64,000 bases of DNA from a virus: IMG/VR virus record IMGVR_UViG_3300020470_001965, one strand, 5' to 3'. Positions 35,190-44,100 of this stretch are shown here, piece after piece. A program made the position numbers and the translations under genes. The notes beneath the pieces are model-generated. The model saw only the letters and a list, made by a program, of their open reading frames with translations. It was not told where the DNA came from and made no database searches. Position 1 is the stretch's first letter. Every line of letters begins with the position of its first letter.

Positions 35190-36655
35190 GAATTGTTATT
35201 GCTGGTGGTGGGTCTGCTGGTTGGATGAGTGCAGCAGCACTCTGTAAAACCTTTCCAGACTGGGACATTACTATCATCGTAGGTGATGAACCTATTGGTG
35301 TGGGTGAGTCTACTACTCCACATATTAATCAGTACCTAAAGTATATGGGTATCGATGATGCTGACTTCTTGAAAGCAGCACGTGCTACCTTTAAAGCAGG
35401 GTCTAAGTTTGAAGACTTTGCAGGTGTAGGTCACTCATTCTTTTATGGTAATGCTCAAGAGCTACCTAAGGGTACACACTATTATCAATGGATGCTTGCG
35501 GATGCATTTAAAATGAATCCTCCTCCATTTATTGATGTCTTCATGCCATTCATGACAGTGGCAGCAGAAGGCAAGATGCCACTCAATAATCCAAGGCTTG
35601 CTCCTTATGACCTCAAAAAGGACCGTAGTTTCCACATTGACTCCCACGCGTTCGCTAAGTATCTTAGAGAAACTTTCTGTGAGAATATTAGAGTCATTGA
35701 TTCTAAAGTTAAGTCGGTATCTTACGGACAAGGAGGAATACAATTTGTCACTGTGGAAAGAGGACCGTACGACCAAGGGGCAAAGAAGGTTGACGCAGAT
35801 CTCTATCTCGACTGTACTGGGCAATCGTCTACACTAGGCGGTGCTATGGGTACTTGGGAACCAATCACTACCCTTAATGTAGACACTGCTATCGTAAGGA
35901 AGGAAGAATATACTGATAAAGATGAGCAGATGCACTGCTACACCCATGCTAAGGGTCTCTCTGCTGGATGGCAGTGGACTATACCTACATGGGATTTCAT
36001 TAGTAAAGGATATGTATTCTCATCTAAGCATCAGTCTGAAGAGGATGCTAAGAAAGAATTTGGTGACGGTAAAGTAATTAAATTTAGGACAGGTAGATAC
36101 GATAAGGCATGGAGTGGTAACTGTGTGAAGATAGGTCTCTCTTATGGTTTTGTTGAACCATTAGAGTCCACTTCACTATTCAATACACATCATGGTATAC
36201 TCTCACTCATTGACATCCTTGCAACGGTACCTGACTATGGTCAGTTTGAGCGTGATAATTATAACTACAATCTTAAGGAGCACTTTGATGGATGGAAGGA
36301 GTTTGTAGAAGCACACTACTATTACTCCAGTCGTAAGGACACTCCCTTCTGGAGGTCACAGACAGATGAGATGGAGTATGATATAGTAGGGTCACATGAA
36401 TTCATCCGTCATTACATGACAAGTGATGAAGCATTCAGTCCAGACCAATTCCACCCTATCGTATACATTATGGCAGGTGCTGGTAAGAATAACATCAACC
36501 AGAGACACTATGGATACTTTAACTATCCTATCCCTATATCTCAGAAGAATGTTGATGATTGGAATGAGGACTATCAAATGAGGAAGTCATTTGCTGGATC
36601 ACTACCTACAATGTATAAATATCTCAGTGAAACTTTCCATGCGGAGGACTCATGA
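35186..36655 (+). CDS. Flavin-dependent halogenase (tryptophan halogenase/PrnA family)
   Basis: GGGSAG, IGVGEST, ATFK, DCTG, GWQWTIP (WxWxIP), FVEPLEST. Confidence 0.9.
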   Translation: MRIVIAGGGSAGWMSAAALCKTFPDWDITIIVGDEPIGVGESTTPHINQYLKYMGIDDADFLKAARATFKAGSKFEDFAGVGHSFFYGNAQELPKGTHYYQWMLADAFKMNPPPFIDVFMPFMTVAAEGKMPLNNPRLAPYDLKKDRSFHIDSHAFAKYLRETFCENIRVIDSKVKSVSYGQGGIQFVTVERGPYDQGAKKVDADLYLDCTGQSSTLGGAMGTWEPITTLNVDTAIVRKEEYTDKDEQMHCYTHAKGLSAGWQWTIPTWDFISKGYVFSSKHQSEEDAKKEFGDGKVIKFRTGRYDKAWSGNCVKIGLSYGFVEPLESTSLFNTHHGILSLIDILATVPDYGQFERDNYNYNLKEHFDGWKEFVEAHYYYSSRKDTPFWRSQTDEMEYDIVGSHEFIRHYMTSDEAFSPDQFHPIVYIMAGAGKNNINQRHYGYFNYPIPISQKNVDDWNEDYQMRKSFAGSLPTMYKYLSETFHAEDS

Positions 36656-36930
36656 ACCTACTACCCGATATCTTCTCGGACACTGCCAAGTATAAGCCTT
36701 GGTTGTGGGAAAAGTATGGTGACACTGAGAAGGAGAGAAAGAAACAAGCAGAGAACGAAAGAGAGTTAAAATATAAGAAAGATAGAATGATGCACGGCAA
36801 GAAGAAAGTCGGACATTCTAAAGACAGCCCTACTTACAAAGAGTTTCTTAAGAAAGCAAAGGGTACTAAGTTAAGACCAGGAGAAGTAAAGAAACTCGTA
36901 AACGGAAAGTGGGTTTCTAATAAAGACTAA
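36652..36930 (+). CDS. Basic hypothetical protein
   Basis: LRPGEVKK..NGKWVSNK. Confidence 0.7.
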   Translation: MNLLPDIFSDTAKYKPWLWEKYGDTEKERKKQAENERELKYKKDRMMHGKKKVGHSKDSPTYKEFLKKAKGTKLRPGEVKKLVNGKWVSNKD

Positions 36931-37004
36931 ATATGCAAGGGCAATGTCAATAAGTCCCCCCGTATGGTGGTAGGGCCTCTGGTTTAGGAGGATATCCACC
37001 CTTT

Positions 37005-37055
37005 CATACCCCAAACCAAGACCACGGGGATTCCTTAGGGATTAGTCTTATCATA
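37005..37055 (+). ncRNA. PhotoRC-II-like structured psbA leader
   Basis: CCCC(37009-12)/GGGG(37026-29) crossing AAGAC(37018-22)/GTCTT(37045-49), a pseudoknot-type arrangement directly upstream of psbA. Confidence 0.55.
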
Positions 37056-37081
37056 ACAAGTAAACACCGCACTCATTTTTA

Positions 37082-38164
37082 ATGACTACTCTTCAACAAA
37101 GAAGTAGCAGCCCGCTTAAGAATTGGGACGAGTTTTGTGCGTGGGTTACCTCCACGGACAATCGCTTATACGTTGGTTGGTTCGGAGTCTTAATGATTCC
37201 ATGTCTTCTAGCTGCAGCTACTTGTTTCATCATAGCGTTTATCGCTGCACCACCCGTCGATATAGACGGTATCAGAGAGCCAGTAGCAGGCTCATTAATG
37301 TATGGAAACAACATCATCTCTGGTGCTGTAGTTCCATCCTCTAATGCTATAGGTATGCATTTCTATCCCATCTGGGAGGCAGCATCACTCGATGAGTGGC
37401 TGTATAACGGAGGTCCATACCAGTTAATTGTCTTCCACTTCCTTATCGGAATCTCTGCCTACATGGGTAGACAGTGGGAGTTGTCGTATCGTTTGGGCAT
37501 GCGCCCCTGGATCTGTGTTGCTTATAGTGCGCCAGTCTCAGCTGCCTTTGCAGTATTCCTCATCTATCCTTTCGGACAAGGATCACTCAGTGATGGTATG
37601 CCGCTTGGGATATCGGGAACGTTCAACTTTATGTTTGTCTTCCAAGCGGAGCATAATATCCTTATGCATCCATTCCACATGGCAGGTGTGGCGGGTATGT
37701 TTGGAGGTGCTCTCTTCAGTGCTATGCATGGCTCCTTGGTCACGTCATCGCTCATCAGAGAGACAACTGAAAACGAATCACAAAACTACGGTTACAAGTT
37801 TGGACAAGAAGAAGAAACCTATAACATCGTCGCTGCACACGGGTATTTTGGTCGTTTAATCTTCCAATATGCATCGTTTAATAACAGTCGAAGTTTACAC
37901 TTCTTCCTCGCTGTCTTCCCTGTCGTCTGTATCTGGTTGACCTCAATGGGTATCTGTACGATGGCATTCAACTTGAATGGTTTTAACTTTAACCAATCAA
38001 TTCTGGATGCACAAGGCAAGGTTGTCCCCACGTGGGGTGACGTGCTTAACAGAGCAAACCTAGGTATGGAAGTGATGCACGAGCGTAATGCTCACAACTT
38101 CCCACTTGACCTCGCAGCTGCTGAGGTTACAGAGGTTGCATTACTTGCACCATCTATCGGTTGA
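37082..38164 (+). CDS. psbA: Photosystem II D1 protein
   Basis: [44 protein letters not shown]; no intron. Confidence 0.99.
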   Translation: MTTLQQRSSSPLKNWDEFCAWVTSTDNRLYVGWFGVLMIPCLLAAATCFIIAFIAAPPVDIDGIREPVAGSLMYGNNIISGAVVPSSNAIGMHFYPIWEAASLDEWLYNGGPYQLIVFHFLIGISAYMGRQWELSYRLGMRPWICVAYSAPVSAAFAVFLIYPFGQGSLSDGMPLGISGTFNFMFVFQAEHNILMHPFHMAGVAGMFGGALFSAMHGSLVTSSLIRETTENESQNYGYKFGQEEETYNIVAAHGYFGRLIFQYASFNNSRSLHFFLAVFPVVCIWLTSMGICTMAFNLNGFNFNQSILDAQGKVVPTWGDVLNRANLGMEVMHERNAHNFPLDLAAAEVTEVALLAPSIG

Positions 38165-38188
38165 CAAGGTATCACAATCTGATATAAT
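38161..38188 (+). promoter_or_regulatory. Sigma70-type promoter overlapping the psbA stop
   Basis: TTGACA-16-TATAAT. Confidence 0.6.
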
Positions 38189-38215
38189 AAGAGGGTCTAA
38201 CGACCCTCTTTTTTT
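38189..38215 (+). terminator. Rho-independent terminator of psbA
   Basis: AAGAGGGTC-taac-GACCCTCTT + T5. Confidence 0.85.
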
Positions 38216-38296
38216 ATGTTATATTTTATTGGCTTCCTAATGGTAGCAGCGATATGTGTAGCAGTATACTACCTCAAGCTTTATAACCCTCATTGA
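38216..38296 (+). CDS. 26-aa single-TM microprotein ending YNPH
   Basis: MLYFIGFLMVAAICVAVYYLKLYNPH; resembles 13227-13313. Confidence 0.55.
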   Translation: MLYFIGFLMVAAICVAVYYLKLYNPH

Positions 38297-38297
38297 T

Positions 38298-38594
38298 ATG
38301 GCAGATAAACCAATACCAGGATCATACATAGACACGCAGGGCATGGGTGCTCCCGCTGACCCAAATTACAAAGGTCCAAGAGAACCAGTAGAATATAAAC
38401 CTGCTATCATTAAACCTCGTAGGTTATTCACTCCAGAATATGTAAAGGAGATGAAGTATCTTATCAATGAGGTATTAGATGAGAGAGAAGGGAAGTATGA
38501 TTACACTTCCTACTTTGACACTGAGAAATTTAAACACTATGTTGGAGAAGATGAACCACCCTATACTGGCAGGCAAAGTAAAGACAGTTTATGA
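38298..38594 (+). CDS. Hypothetical protein, paralog of 30002-30310
   Basis: PGSYIDTQGMG...RRLFTPEYVKE...EVLDEREGK. Confidence 0.75.
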   Translation: MADKPIPGSYIDTQGMGAPADPNYKGPREPVEYKPAIIKPRRLFTPEYVKEMKYLINEVLDEREGKYDYTSYFDTEKFKHYVGEDEPPYTGRQSKDSL

Positions 38595-39249
38595 TGTTGA
38601 TGGTGATGCACAGAAGGTGCTCATCAAGTTTCATGATAAAGTAACAGCAGGTAACGGTAGACTTGTAGAGTTTCCTGAAGATAAGGGTAAGACATGCTGT
38701 CTTATATCTGCCTTGTTGTTTGAATTACTAGAGAAGAATGGTATTAGGACTCACTACCTAGGCACTGAAGGTCTTGATAGTATGTTGTGTAGGAAACTAA
38801 CTATCATTCCACTGGAAGTTATCTGTCGTAACATTGCTGCTGGTAGTATAGTTAAGACTACTACTATTAATGAAGGCACACTACTTCAACCACCTCTAGT
38901 AGAATTCTTCCTTAAAGATGACACTAAGAATGATCCATTACTGACACCAGATAGAGTCAGACTTATGGGACACGATCCTAAACCATTGATTGAGAGGACA
39001 CATGAAATCAACTACCAATTACAATCACTATTCACCTTATGTGGTTTGGATTTGGTTGATTTTAAACTTGAGTTTGGTTACGATGCTCATGGCGATTTAT
39101 ACCTTGCCGATGAGCTCTCCCCAGACAACATGCGATTGTGGAGAAAGGATACTAAGGCACGGTTCGACAAAGATTTATTCAGGAAAGACGAGGGAGATAT
39201 AGTTGAGGCATATAAGACAGTCCTAGCACAGCTCAGACAGTTTGCCTAA
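38551..39249 (+). CDS. purC: SAICAR synthetase
   Basis: GKVKTVY, IPLEVICRNIAAGS, KDD..NDP, LVDFKLEFG, LADELSPDNMRLW, DKDLFR. Confidence 0.96.
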   Translation: MNHPILAGKVKTVYDVDGDAQKVLIKFHDKVTAGNGRLVEFPEDKGKTCCLISALLFELLEKNGIRTHYLGTEGLDSMLCRKLTIIPLEVICRNIAAGSIVKTTTINEGTLLQPPLVEFFLKDDTKNDPLLTPDRVRLMGHDPKPLIERTHEINYQLQSLFTLCGLDLVDFKLEFGYDAHGDLYLADELSPDNMRLWRKDTKARFDKDLFRKDEGDIVEAYKTVLAQLRQFA

Positions 39250-39273
39250 ATATTCCGTAAGGTATATTAAGTA

Positions 39274-42200
39274 ATGGCAGGGCAGGATATCAGAGATATA
39301 GTAGCAAGATGCTACGAGGGGATGGGTCCATTGCTGAGTCCGAATGCATTGGACCAGTTGAATCCATACACTCCTACTGTTCCTAATGTTGTACAACCAC
39401 AACCATCAGACCCTGCTGCAATTATTAGAGAGTTAGTTGGTCGGTGTTATCAAGCACCAGTAACCAACATGCCTAACCCATTAGACCAGTTGAATCCTCC
39501 ACCAGTGTGGCAACCTCAAGTTATACCAGAGGTACCAACACCTGCTGAAGTTATTCAGACTCTAGTTGGTAGATGCTATCCAGATTTACCACCACTAGAG
39601 CCACCACCTGAGGCACCAGAGCCACCAGATGACTGGACTATCATTGATGTAACAGACCAGATTAAATGGGCTAGAGACTTTGTTGACTTAGATATTGAGA
39701 AGATTATTGTCAAGACACCTGACCCTAATGACCCTAGTGGATTCGTTAGGTGGGATGGTAGTCAGTGTGAAGAGGTATTAAAGTTTAGAAGAAAGAATCT
39801 CCTTAGAGACTTAGGTGATGGATGGTGGCAGCATATTACTACCAATGAGAAGTATTATTGTAAGGATAGTAACTGGAATCCTAATATTAAATGGGAAAAC
39901 TGTGTAAGGAATGCACTAGAGTGTATGTTTAGACCTTACATAGGAGGTAAGTGGACACCACCCAAGGCAGACTGTGAAGGACAGCACAACCAAGGATGGA
40001 GTAGCAATAGAGATGAGATATGTATCAAGAATTGTTATCCAGATAGGTTAGCAGTCTATGAATCTAAGAATGGTAACATCGATAACGCATACCATACATC
40101 TGCTACACCACCAGTAGGTTATACACTCACCAGTAACACGCCAGCATTTTATATACTGGCGAGTGCTGAAGCAGATAAGTCAGTCCCTCTGTTTAAGTAC
40201 TACTCAGGTACCAATCAAGATACTTTTCTAACAACCAACCCAGGTCAACCAGACTCACCTGGAGCAGGTGAGAGAGCAACGATGGATGCTTCTGGCATGG
40301 TATTCGTAGAGCAGATGGGTCATGTATTCAACATGGCAAATGACGCAGGAAGTTACCTAGCAGATGGTGAGGTTGCTAAGCCACTCCATAGATTCTGGAA
40401 GTCATCTCCATTCAATCACAAGTATATGATTGATGCTGATGTGGAAGGCATGAGACCAGAGAGGACAGACAAGTGGGCATATAGTATACCTCAAGAGTGT
40501 AGTGCTGACTTGAGTATCAACCTAGACTGTGAGCATGGGGCAGCAGGGTATGACAATGCACTTGGATTCTACCTAGCAAATGATAGTGGACCTGTTGAGG
40601 GTGTCGTAGTCTTACCATCAGCTAAGAGTGGTGAGCAGATGACCACGGTCACCATAATGTCTGCCATGCTTAACACCTATGGCAATGGAACCATGGGATT
40701 TTTCTTGATCCCTGATGGTGGTGGCCAGAATTCACTTACCTTAGGTCAGTCAGTAAACTTTACTAACCTAGGGAGTGGTAGTGACGCAGGCTTCAGTGCT
40801 ATAGGAATCAGTACTGCACAGTCAAACTACTGCCTATTTTCCGACCGTCGTTGGAACCCAGCAGGCCAGAAAGACTTTACTAAATGGCAAGGCACATCAC
40901 ATCAGATGTGGGAAGACCTTATCAATGGTGACGATGACTATGATGACCTGAAACTATGGCACAATGTCCAGTGGTCTTATAATGGTTGGATATATGAGGG
41001 TGTTACAGGGTATGTGTATGCTGGACCTGCACCTGAAAAGGTAATGAAGAAGTTGCAGGTCAACAAACCATGTGATGACAGAATATTAGCATCATCCTTC
41101 AAGGATATAACTGTCAGACGTATGGATTGTGGTACTAATAACCCAACGATACAATCAAACGCAGAGGACTGGGAGTGTGGTCAGTGTAGTGGAGGTTACG
41201 CACTCAAACTACATGACACTCAGACCATTGAGGTTAAGAAGACATGCACCTTCTGGGTGAAGAGCATGGGTGGTATCACTGGAGGGTTAGAAGCAGACTG
41301 CATTAAATTCACGATGCGTTTTGCCAAGAATGGCCAGGATGTATTCAATAAACAATTTGAGGTCAGGTATTGGCCTAAGATAGGAGAGAATCTAGCAGAC
41401 GTATCAGTTAGTTGTGTACCAGGAGACACTGTAACCTTACAGTTAGTATCAATTGATGTTGGACCTCATACAGGGTTTGTCTCGCCTGGTATGGCACTAT
41501 ATGAAGAGGTCTCAGGTGTCTTCACTGATATGATTAACATATCATTAGGTACACAGGCACATGATGATACCATTGGGTCTACTACTGGAGGCACAGTTGG
41601 TAACCCACTCAACACTTCTATTAATACTGTTACAGGATTCGGTATGCAATTCCGTCCTACTATGAAGGAGGCAGACGAATGGCAGCCAGGATCTAAGGCA
41701 GCAGAGACATGGAATGTTGATGATGATTACTCAAGAGAACCATACACTACTGTATGGTCATCAGGTGCTGCTGTTCCTATGCATGGGTCACTCCAAGTCA
41801 ACCCAGATATACCAGGACAGAGTAGGATAATCAACAATGCATTGATGCCTGACATATCAGGTGCATACATTGATACAGGGTATGTCTATGATGGACAAGA
41901 GTATTTCCTTGACAGTATCCTACCTACATTTAACTATAGAAATCAGACTGGTGTATACAACCACCTACTAGAGGAGCATCTAGTTACGAGGTGGGAAACC
42001 TTAAGTGGTAGTGTAATTTCGGGCAGTGTTAAAGAGCAATTGGCCAAAGCAGCACCGACTGCTTACGCTAAGGTAGTAAGACCTTGGTATGACTTAGGAC
42101 TTGCTAGTTTTGGTGCTGACTTTAATACACAGGTACAAAACACATGGAATGGTACCACTTACTACTCACCTTGTACCTTTATACATGACTACCTATTAGA

Positions 42201-42645
42201 TACTGTTGCTGGCACAGGAGCACCTAGTATTACTGATGCATGTAAGATAAGAATGGGTATCACATTCTACCCAGTCGTTACACAGATATCAGGTAGCAGT
42301 AGGACGGTACACTACTGGCAGGCAATGATACATGTAATAGATGTACTAGATGCAGGGTCAGGGTATAGCGAAGGACAGAAATTTGTGCTACACTGGCCTC
42401 CTATCAGGGATCCTCTGACTGAGAACGCTGCACAGACACCTTACTATCCTGACCAAGAGTCAGTGTTTAAGATGCCTCATACACCAGTGTGCTCTTGGTA
42501 TGAGCAACCTGATATGGTCAAGAGGATGGCGAAGGAAGCTATATACCAGGAGTCACACAATAAAGATAGTGTTGTGTGGTATTACTCTTCGGATAAGAAT
42601 GACTTCCGAGTTAGATTCTCTATTATAATTACAGAAACTACTTAA
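39274..42645 (+). CDS. Large multidomain putative virion protein (N-terminal repeats, DUF4114-like domain)
   Basis: Three I..LV.RCY repeats; AGYDNALGFY...WEDLINGDDDYDDL; CTAAATA upstream. Confidence 0.7.
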   Translation: MAGQDIRDIVARCYEGMGPLLSPNALDQLNPYTPTVPNVVQPQPSDPAAIIRELVGRCYQAPVTNMPNPLDQLNPPPVWQPQVIPEVPTPAEVIQTLVGRCYPDLPPLEPPPEAPEPPDDWTIIDVTDQIKWARDFVDLDIEKIIVKTPDPNDPSGFVRWDGSQCEEVLKFRRKNLLRDLGDGWWQHITTNEKYYCKDSNWNPNIKWENCVRNALECMFRPYIGGKWTPPKADCEGQHNQGWSSNRDEICIKNCYPDRLAVYESKNGNIDNAYHTSATPPVGYTLTSNTPAFYILASAEADKSVPLFKYYSGTNQDTFLTTNPGQPDSPGAGERATMDASGMVFVEQMGHVFNMANDAGSYLADGEVAKPLHRFWKSSPFNHKYMIDADVEGMRPERTDKWAYSIPQECSADLSINLDCEHGAAGYDNALGFYLANDSGPVEGVVVLPSAKSGEQMTTVTIMSAMLNTYGNGTMGFFLIPDGGGQNSLTLGQSVNFTNLGSGSDAGFSAIGISTAQSNYCLFSDRRWNPAGQKDFTKWQGTSHQMWEDLINGDDDYDDLKLWHNVQWSYNGWIYEGVTGYVYAGPAPEKVMKKLQVNKPCDDRILASSFKDITVRRMDCGTNNPTIQSNAEDWECGQCSGGYALKLHDTQTIEVKKTCTFWVKSMGGITGGLEADCIKFTMRFAKNGQDVFNKQFEVRYWPKIGENLADVSVSCVPGDTVTLQLVSIDVGPHTGFVSPGMALYEEVSGVFTDMINISLGTQAHDDTIGSTTGGTVGNPLNTSINTVTGFGMQFRPTMKEADEWQPGSKAAETWNVDDDYSREPYTTVWSSGAAVPMHGSLQVNPDIPGQSRIINNALMPDISGAYIDTGYVYDGQEYFLDSILPTFNYRNQTGVYNHLLEEHLVTRWETLSGSVISGSVKEQLAKAAPTAYAKVVRPWYDLGLASFGADFNTQVQNTWNGTTYYSPCTFIHDYLLDTVAGTGAPSITDACKIRMGITFYPVVTQISGSSRTVHYWQAMIHVIDVLDAGSGYSEGQKFVLHWPPIRDPLTENAAQTPYYPDQESVFKMPHTPVCSWYEQPDMVKRMAKEAIYQESHNKDSVVWYYSSDKNDFRVRFSIIITETT

Positions 42646-42646
42646 C

Positions 42647-43009
42647 ATGGCAGAAGGATTCAGTGCAAGAGAGGTAGCCGCTGAAAGGTCTCTCGAAAAA
42701 TCTTCCAAGGAATTGAAGATGCTTAGGAAGGTCATCGAAAAGTATAAGGATGATCCAAAGGGTAAGAGAAAGATGCTCAAGAAGATGCAGAAGTATTGGA
42801 GGAGTCCTATTGCTACCATTAAGGGGTTGGATTATAAACCTAAGGGTAAGGACTGGGAGTTAGACCCTGAGATAGCAGAGAATATCAAGAGTATGGAGGA
42901 GTACATCGACCCACGTGGAGAGGAGGACGATGTAACAACTGTCTTAACAGACGAGCAGGAAGCAGAGTTACGTGCTAAGATGACAAAAACAACCCAAACA
43001 GATGATTAA
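42647..43009 (+). CDS. Hypothetical protein
   Basis: 120-aa ORF. Confidence 0.7.
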   Translation: MAEGFSAREVAAERSLEKSSKELKMLRKVIEKYKDDPKGKRKMLKKMQKYWRSPIATIKGLDYKPKGKDWELDPEIAENIKSMEEYIDPRGEEDDVTTVLTDEQEAELRAKMTKTTQTDD

Positions 43010-43217
43010 TCTCGATGAAAAGTATCATGATTATTTGACCAGTAGAAAGACACTGAAGATTGACGGTGTAAATGAACGAGTGAGAGGCTACGGTTACGAG
43101 TGTAATGGTAGTGAGATCATAGGATACTATCTGACTACAGATAACTATAAACTATTCTATAATCTTAATGAACAGTTTCTTCGGATGGTGCCAATTGCTG
43201 AACTGTCACAAGGGTAG
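43002..43217 (+). CDS. Hypothetical protein
   Basis: 71-aa ORF. Confidence 0.65.
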   Translation: MINLDEKYHDYLTSRKTLKIDGVNERVRGYGYECNGSEIIGYYLTTDNYKLFYNLNEQFLRMVPIAELSQG

Positions 43218-43252
43218 TTGACGGATGTCCGAATCATCAAGTATTATAAATA
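43218..43252 (+). promoter_or_regulatory. Overlapping early (TTGACG-18-TATTAT) and late (TATAAATA, 43245-43252) promoters
   Basis: Motifs read directly. Confidence 0.6.
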
Positions 43253-43305
43253 CTTCTTCGATGAAGGACGCTTCATCATTCTTTACATTCCGAATGCCTC
43301 AATTA

Positions 43306-43383
43306 CTCGCGCTAGGTCTGGACGGAGAGAAACCAAGGGAATCATGTCGAGATTCCTGTCATCCGCAGTCCTTGTATTGCGAG
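43306..43383 (+). ncRNA. Putative structured 5' leader RNA
   Basis: Nested stems CTCGC/GCGAG, GGAC/GTCC, GGA/TCC, GGAATC/GATTCC. Confidence 0.45.
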
Positions 43384-43399
43384 ACACTTTAACACAATC

Positions 43400-43783
43400 A
43401 TGTCAATCAAATCAACAATCGCAGCACTAGCTGCCTCACCATTTCTACTCGCTGGAGCCGCTTTTGCTGGTCCTTACGTGAACGTAGAAGCTAACGTTTC
43501 CTATCCAGATGGAGACTATAGTGGTGCAACTACAGACGCTCACGTAGGTTACGAAGGTGACCTCTCTGAGACTGCTTCCTTCTACGTACAGGGTGGACCT
43601 GCATTCGTAGCTAAGGATGGTTCTGATACAGAAACAGAACTATCAGGAAAGGTAGGCGTTAACATCGCTGCTACTGAGTCCTTCGGAGTATACGGAGAGC
43701 TCGCTGGAATCACCAACGAGGACAGCAATGGCGACGGAATCGTTGACTGGGCTGCTAAGATCGGTGGTAAGTTCACCTTCTGA
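43400..43783 (+). CDS. Small outer-membrane beta-barrel-like protein
   Basis: Signal peptide ...GAAFA|GPYVNVEAN; amphipathic strands; C-terminal GGKFTF. Confidence 0.8.
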   Translation: MSIKSTIAALAASPFLLAGAAFAGPYVNVEANVSYPDGDYSGATTDAHVGYEGDLSETASFYVQGGPAFVAKDGSDTETELSGKVGVNIAATESFGVYGELAGITNEDSNGDGIVDWAAKIGGKFTF

Positions 43784-43803
43784 TAAGCAGAACATATCTA
43801 AAT

Positions 43804-43830
43804 AAAGGGTCACTTAGGTGACCCTTTTTT
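43804..43830 (+). terminator. Rho-independent terminator
   Basis: AAAGGGTCAC-ttag-GTGACCCTTT + TTT. Confidence 0.85.
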
Positions 43831-43848
43831 CTTTTCTACCTTATTAAT

Positions 43849-44100
43849 ATGGCCAAACAAATAGGAAACACCGCAATCTATACTCGACCAGGGTGTGCAT
43901 TCTGTACGAAGATTAAGGAAGTTTACAAATCTAAAGGGTGGGGCTTTGCAGAATACGTTTTAGATGTTAACTTTACTAGGCAGCAGTTTCAAACCGAGTT
44001 TGGTATGAATGCTACCTTCCCTCAAGTTATCATTGCGGGACACAAAATGGGTGGATGTACTGAAACTGTTAAATACCTGCGAGAAAATAGTTATCTATGA
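43849..44100 (+). CDS. nrdC: Glutaredoxin (NrdC-like)
   Basis: CAFC, TFPQV, GGC. Confidence 0.9.
   Translation: MAKQIGNTAIYTRPGCAFCTKIKEVYKSKGWGFAEYVLDVNFTRQQFQTEFGMNATFPQVIIAGHKMGGCTETVKYLRENSYL

Noticed and set aside
37082-38300. psbD or a psbA intron/homing endonuclease
   Set aside because: psbA is an uninterrupted 360-codon ORF followed by a terminator; no D2 motifs in the window.
43218-43430. 70-aa ORF before the outer-membrane protein
   Set aside because: Begins at the TTG of a -35 box and spans promoter and hairpins; better explained as non-coding leader.
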